NCBI RefSeq assembly: GCF_963921235.1
Contig: NC_086097.1
Span: forward strand, 243,538,001 to 243,602,000
Direction: 5' to 3'
DNA: 64,000 bases
From: Mobula hypostoma
Lineage: Eukaryota
Part shown: positions 59,899-64,000 of the stretch, one piece after another
Position numbering within the stretch: the first letter of the stretch is position 1
Layout of the letters: each line of letters starts with the position of its first letter
Notes under the pieces: generated by a model
Told to the model about the DNA's origin: nothing
The model's input: only the letters and a program-made list of their open reading frames with translations
Database searches by the model: none
Made by a program: the position numbers and the translations under genes

Positions 59899-60014
59899 CC
59901 GGACACATCTTCAGTGATGTTCCTGGAATCATCGGGTGTTTCGGGTCTTTCAACATCATACAACCTCCTCCAGGTGACCCAGCCGGGGCTGATCAGACCC
60001 CAGCTTGTATCCAG
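59899..60014 (-). ncRNA. Candidate pseudoknotted, non-circularly-permuted hammerhead ribozyme with a k-turn
   Basis: GUA triplet, GAAA and CUGAAGA each flanked by the correct complementary helix strands, plus a canonical k-turn internal loop (see findings). Confidence 0.65.
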
Positions 60015-60022
60015 ATGGCTAG

Positions 60023-61402
60023 CTACTTATGACTCCATGGCTCCCCTCTTTTTAGCCACAACCATCTTGAGGCCCTCTCTGCCGCATCGGTGGTACTGCG
60101 GATGGCTCTCCTCTTCCTCTCTCCCTCGATGCCCAAAATGCTGAAGGCTCTAACTAAAGAACGGGCTATGAATCCCCTACAACCAACCTCCACTGGGAGA
60201 CACCTTGCTCTCCATCCAGCCTGCTGACAGATGCTGACCAGTCCTGCGTACTTGGAGAGCTTCCTTTCAAAGGCCTCCTCCAAGCGATCTTCCCATGGGA
60301 CTGTCAGCTCCAGCAGCACTACTTGCTTAGTCGACTCAGACACTAGGACAATGTCTGTTTGCAGGGTGGTGGCTACGATATGGTTGGGGAACTTCAGCTG
60401 CCCTTTGAGGTCCACCAACAGCTGCCAGTCCCTTGCAGAGGTCAGAATGCCTGCAGATGTTCTTTTGACAAGTATTGGCTGCTCCCCAGCTCTGACAAAG
60501 GCAATGGTCTGCTTGGAGGGTTGGGACCGCTTCGCCCACTCAACTCCTGCACTGACGGCTTCAGCGATGGTCTTCAGGACCTGATCATGCCTCCACCTGT
60601 ACCGTCCCTCATCCCTTGCACAGCCGCTGAGGATGTGCTCCAGGGTTCCTCGCTTGGAGCACAGTGGGCACGCAGATGACTCTGCCTTGCCCCACGTGTG
60701 CAGGATTGATGGGCTTGGAAGCACATCATACACTGCCTGGATGAGAAATTGAATGCGGTGTGGTTCAGCTTTCCAAAGATCAGCCCAGGTCACTTTCCTC
60801 TCAACCACATTCTCCCATCTTGTCCAAGCTCCCTGTTGCTTCATTCCCACCGCCTTGCAGGCTCTCATCTCCTCCACTACTGCTCTCACCTCCTCTTGAA
60901 CTAGACGACACCTTTCCTTCTCTCTGGTGTCCATTTGGGGAGTTGAAAAGGATCCTAGCCCAGCTCGGCCTTGTATGACCACTCCCACCAGCCTCCTGTG
61001 ACGCAGCCTCGCCTCTGCCTCCTGAACAGCTTCCTCTGCCCTCCACTTCCTGCCAGTCCTCACTTGGATCCCTGCTCTAGCCACTTTCGGGTCACCTGAG
61101 TCCCTATATTGTAGCACTTCTCTGGCTCTTGTTACCTTGAATTCTTCCTCCAAAGATTTGGCGGGCAGTTGCAGTTTGTTGTGGTGTCCATAGAGTGCGA
61201 TGCTGCTCAGGCTCTTTGGCAGCCCCAGCCATCTCCTGAGGTGGTTGTTAACCCTCCTCTCTAAGGTTTCGACTGTCGAGATCGGAACTGCATAGACGTG
61301 GAGGGGCCACAGGATCCTGGGAAGAATGCCATGCTGATACACCCAGGCTTTAAACTTCCCAGGTAGGCCAGACTTGTCCACAAATTTCAGCCAGCCATCC
61401 AA
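60023..61402 (-). pseudogene. RT thumb/linker, CCHC zinc knuckle and PD-(D/E)xK-type endonuclease (partial ORF)
   Basis: CPLC..TLEHILSGC, RYRWRHDQVL, (T)DIVL..VLLELTVPWE, ERKLSKY, PVEVGCRGF. Confidence 0.88.
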
Positions 61403-61552
61403 CTTGGTGCAGGTTGCCTGAATGGATGTTGTGTCATGTGACCAAAGGCATCGTGAAGACTCTTTATTCCCTCAGATTAAAACTTTTCAAGTGAAACAAG
61501 GTGGCATATTGCCTTACCTCTGGTTAATCTTTTTTTCTGTAGAGAATTCTGT

Positions 61553-62326
61553 CCATAAGACCATAAGGCCATAAGACCATAAGACAAAGGAGCAGAAGTA
61601 GGCCATTCGGCCCATCGAGTCTGCTCCGCAATTTTATCATGAGCTGATCCATTTTCTCCTATTTAGTCCCACTCCCCCACCTTCTCACCATAACCTTTGA
61701 TACCCTGGCTACTCAGATACCTATCAATCTCTGCCTTAAATACACCCAATGACTTGGCCTCCACTGCTGCCCGTGGCAACAAATTCCATAGATTCACCAC
61801 CCTCTGACTAAAAAAATTTCTTCGCATTTCTGTTCTGAATGGGCGCCCTTCAATCCTTAAGTCATGTCCTCTCGTACTAGACTCCCCCATCATGGGAAAC
61901 AACTTTGCCACATCCACTCTGTCCATGCCTTTTAACATTCGAAATGTTTCTATGATGTCTCCCCTCATTCTTCTAAACTCCAAGGAATACAATCCAAGAG
62001 CGGACAAACGTTCCTCATATGTTAACCCTCTCATTCCCGGAATCATTCTAGTGAATCTTCTCTGTACCCTCTCCAACGTCAGCACATCCTTTCTTAAATA
62101 AGGAGACCAAAACTGCCCACAGTACTCCAAGTGAGGTCTCACCAGTGCCTTATAGAGCCTCAACATCACATCCCTGCTCCTATACTCTATTCCTCTAGAA
62201 ATGAATGCCAACATTGCATTCGCCTTCTTCACTACTGACTCAACCTGGAGGTTAACTTTAAGGGAATCCTGTACGAGGACTCCCAAGTCCCGTTGCATCT
62301 CAGAACTTTGAGTTCTTTCCCCATTT
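61553..62326 (-). mobile_element. 5'-truncated CR1, subfamily of 52700-57100
   Basis: C-terminal half of ORF 61663..63114 from NGERTQSSEMQRDLG; tail (TCTTATGG)n. Confidence 0.93.
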
Positions 62327-63812
62327 AGCTCGAGACAATCCCATTCTCTGAGAAGGCAGGGTAGTCTGGGGATTCTCACTGAAGAGGGTGGTTTTTCTCC
62401 AGTTTCCATCTGCTTGATGACTTCCCTAATACAAGGATCTGCTGACTGGGAGTCTGTAAACTCAGCATCAGAGAGATGAGAACTGACTGGTAATCCCCCA
62501 CACTGATTTTCTTGTGCGTAACTGTCAGGGATAGCACTTGAGTGCATCGTTAAGGATGGAACATACGCAATGGCAACATCGGTAGCAGGTTCTGTTTGTT
62601 GGGTGAGATGACTCTCGCACAGAGCTTGAACATAGTCAGCACTAACTTCACCTGCATCAGGAACTGCTTCTCGTTTAAAATGAGGCTTAGGAGTGCCATG
62701 GCGTGGCTCCCTCTCATTCCGTCTCCTCTCACGCTGTCTTCTCTTTTCCGCTACTAATGCCAAATTGGGTTCATAGCAGCAAGGTCTGGCTCTATATCCA
62801 TCTTCGCCACATTTAAACCAGTACCAAGGTTTTGGCTTTACATTTGGCTGTTTGTTAACGGTTGTGGACTCTTGTTTAACTGTTGTGTCAGCCTTTCTTT
62901 TTGGTGGTGTCTCACTTGCTGTCTGAGAGCTCGCTTTTCCCTTCTGCTGCTCTGTAGCTTGTAAAGCCGCTAGTTGGCTTTGAGGCTCAGCGATTTGTTT
63001 AGTCAGTTGAGAAGTAATTGAAATTAGCTGTGATACATCTTCTTCTTTACAGGCACCTGTGCTGTGAGACTGTATAACAGCATGTTGTTTGGCTATTCCC
63101 AAATGCCATTTCATGCATGCGGTTCAGGAAGCATGTTTGTCTTCCTCAGTGCATAGAAGGGTCAATAGTTCAGTAAAGAATGACAGGTTTTGTTCCAGTT
63201 GCAGCTCTAACATTGGAAGTGGACCCAACATCCCCTACAAAATTGCTGTTAGCCTCAGTTTCGGCAACTCCACTTGGCTTTACAGCCAGTGTCAACACTA
63301 CTCGTAGCCACTGTAGGTAGGTGGATGGTTTTTCACCCATGTTCTGTACTGCATTCATGAATTTGGTGAATAATTCATCACCGCCTTCCATAGTGGCAAC
63401 CGCTGAATCTAGGAGATGTACGTAATTAGCAGGTGAAGCTCCAGGGCTTATTGACTTGATGCTGTCAGAAGATGGTGGAAGAGTACTTGCACACATCTTC
63501 CGTGTTCTATGAAGATCAGACACATTTGGGTCCAGCAAGACCAGTTCAACTCTAGCACGCCTTCTCATAATCCGCCTCATTAGGTGGATGAGGGGTTCTA
63601 CCAGAAAAAGTTCGGAGCCTCACTGGTGGATCGCCATGAGCCATCGAGTCATTACTGCACACAATGTGCTCCACTACAACTCTTTGAATATCTGGAGGGT
63701 TTAGGTCACTGGGCGAGAGGGATGACTTCACTGCAACTCCATTAGTCTGGATTACAGGGACTGAGTTACTCTGCATAGCAGCTGGAGCTGTTTCTGGCTG
63801 GATAGCATCAGA

Positions 63813-64000
63813 GGAGTCTGCTACATTACCCACCCTTTCTGTAGCTGTAATAGTGGCCCTGACCAGTAATGCCACCCCTCCTCCCCTTTTTCCGCCCTGT
63901 CTATCCCTTTTAAAGCACTGAAATCCAGGAATATTGAGAATCCATTCCTGCCCTGGTGCTAGCCAAGTCTCTGTAATGGCCACTACATCAGAATTCCGTT
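63813..64000 (-). mobile_element. CR1 APE fragment, runs off the window end
   Basis: AITETWL..QEWILNIPGFQCFKRDR..GGGVALLV. Confidence 0.85.

Larger units (their letters stand above)
59871..61436 (-). mobile_element. 5'-truncated RLE-type non-LTR retrotransposon (HERO-like) inserted in the Gypsy integrase
   Basis: Uninterrupted 459-aa ORF ending in a CCHC plus restriction-like endonuclease, followed by a structured 3' UTR of about 150 nt. Clade name is from motif recognition. Confidence 0.85.
58690..63812 (-). mobile_element. Second decayed Gypsy element (PNMA-like gag and integrase; PR-RT-RH apparently deleted)
   Basis: VRLRTFSGRTPHPPNEADY, QNMGEKPSTYLQ, knuckle remnant WFKCGEDGY; integrase LVCIDFL, VITDHF, GDRVLLRN, TLHRDLLLPCG. 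May extend to about 57400. Confidence 0.82.

Noticed and set aside
59901..59907. Alternative helix II formed by GUGUC directly after CUGAAGA pairing with GACCC
   Set aside because: It needs a bulge and a U-C mismatch and competes with the 9-bp P1, whereas GGGUC/GACCC is perfect. Kept only as a possible alternative conformer.
61663..63114. 483-aa ORF as a novel gag-RT gene
   Set aside because: It is a read-through from a decayed Gypsy into an inserted CR1 3' fragment at about 62326 and lacks the RT catalytic core.
63552..63983. APE-gag fusion protein
   Set aside because: Chance junction at about 63813 between a CR1 endonuclease fragment and a Gypsy gag remnant.

Overview
Eukaryotic vertebrate DNA, almost entirely nested transposable elements. 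The repertoire (esterase-ORF1 CR1 LINEs, HE1/V-SINE-like head, Penelope, Rex1/Babar, RTE, L1/Tx1, PNMA-gag Gypsy, Tc1) suggests a cartilaginous fish; that is inference. No host gene, rRNA, tRNA or CRISPR array can be supported. Most notable: (1) the 3' UTR of a restriction-like-endonuclease (HERO-like) non-LTR element at ~59899-60014 (minus strand) holds a complete hammerhead catalytic core. Its three strands are in a non-circularly-permuted, pseudoknotted order, and helix III continues into a canonical k-turn. (2) A U_UUA_AAC -1 slippery site sits at the ORF1/ORF2 junction of five diverged CR1 copies, including an intact full-length CR1 whose ORF2 has no upstream AUG. (3) That intact CR1 has 173-bp tandem 5' monomers and lies at the centre of a four-level nest. 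(4) An RTE insertion shows twin-priming inversion geometry. (5) There are four Penelope minimal hammerheads. All structures were read by eye; no folding or database search was run, and element boundaries are approximate unless a junction is quoted.
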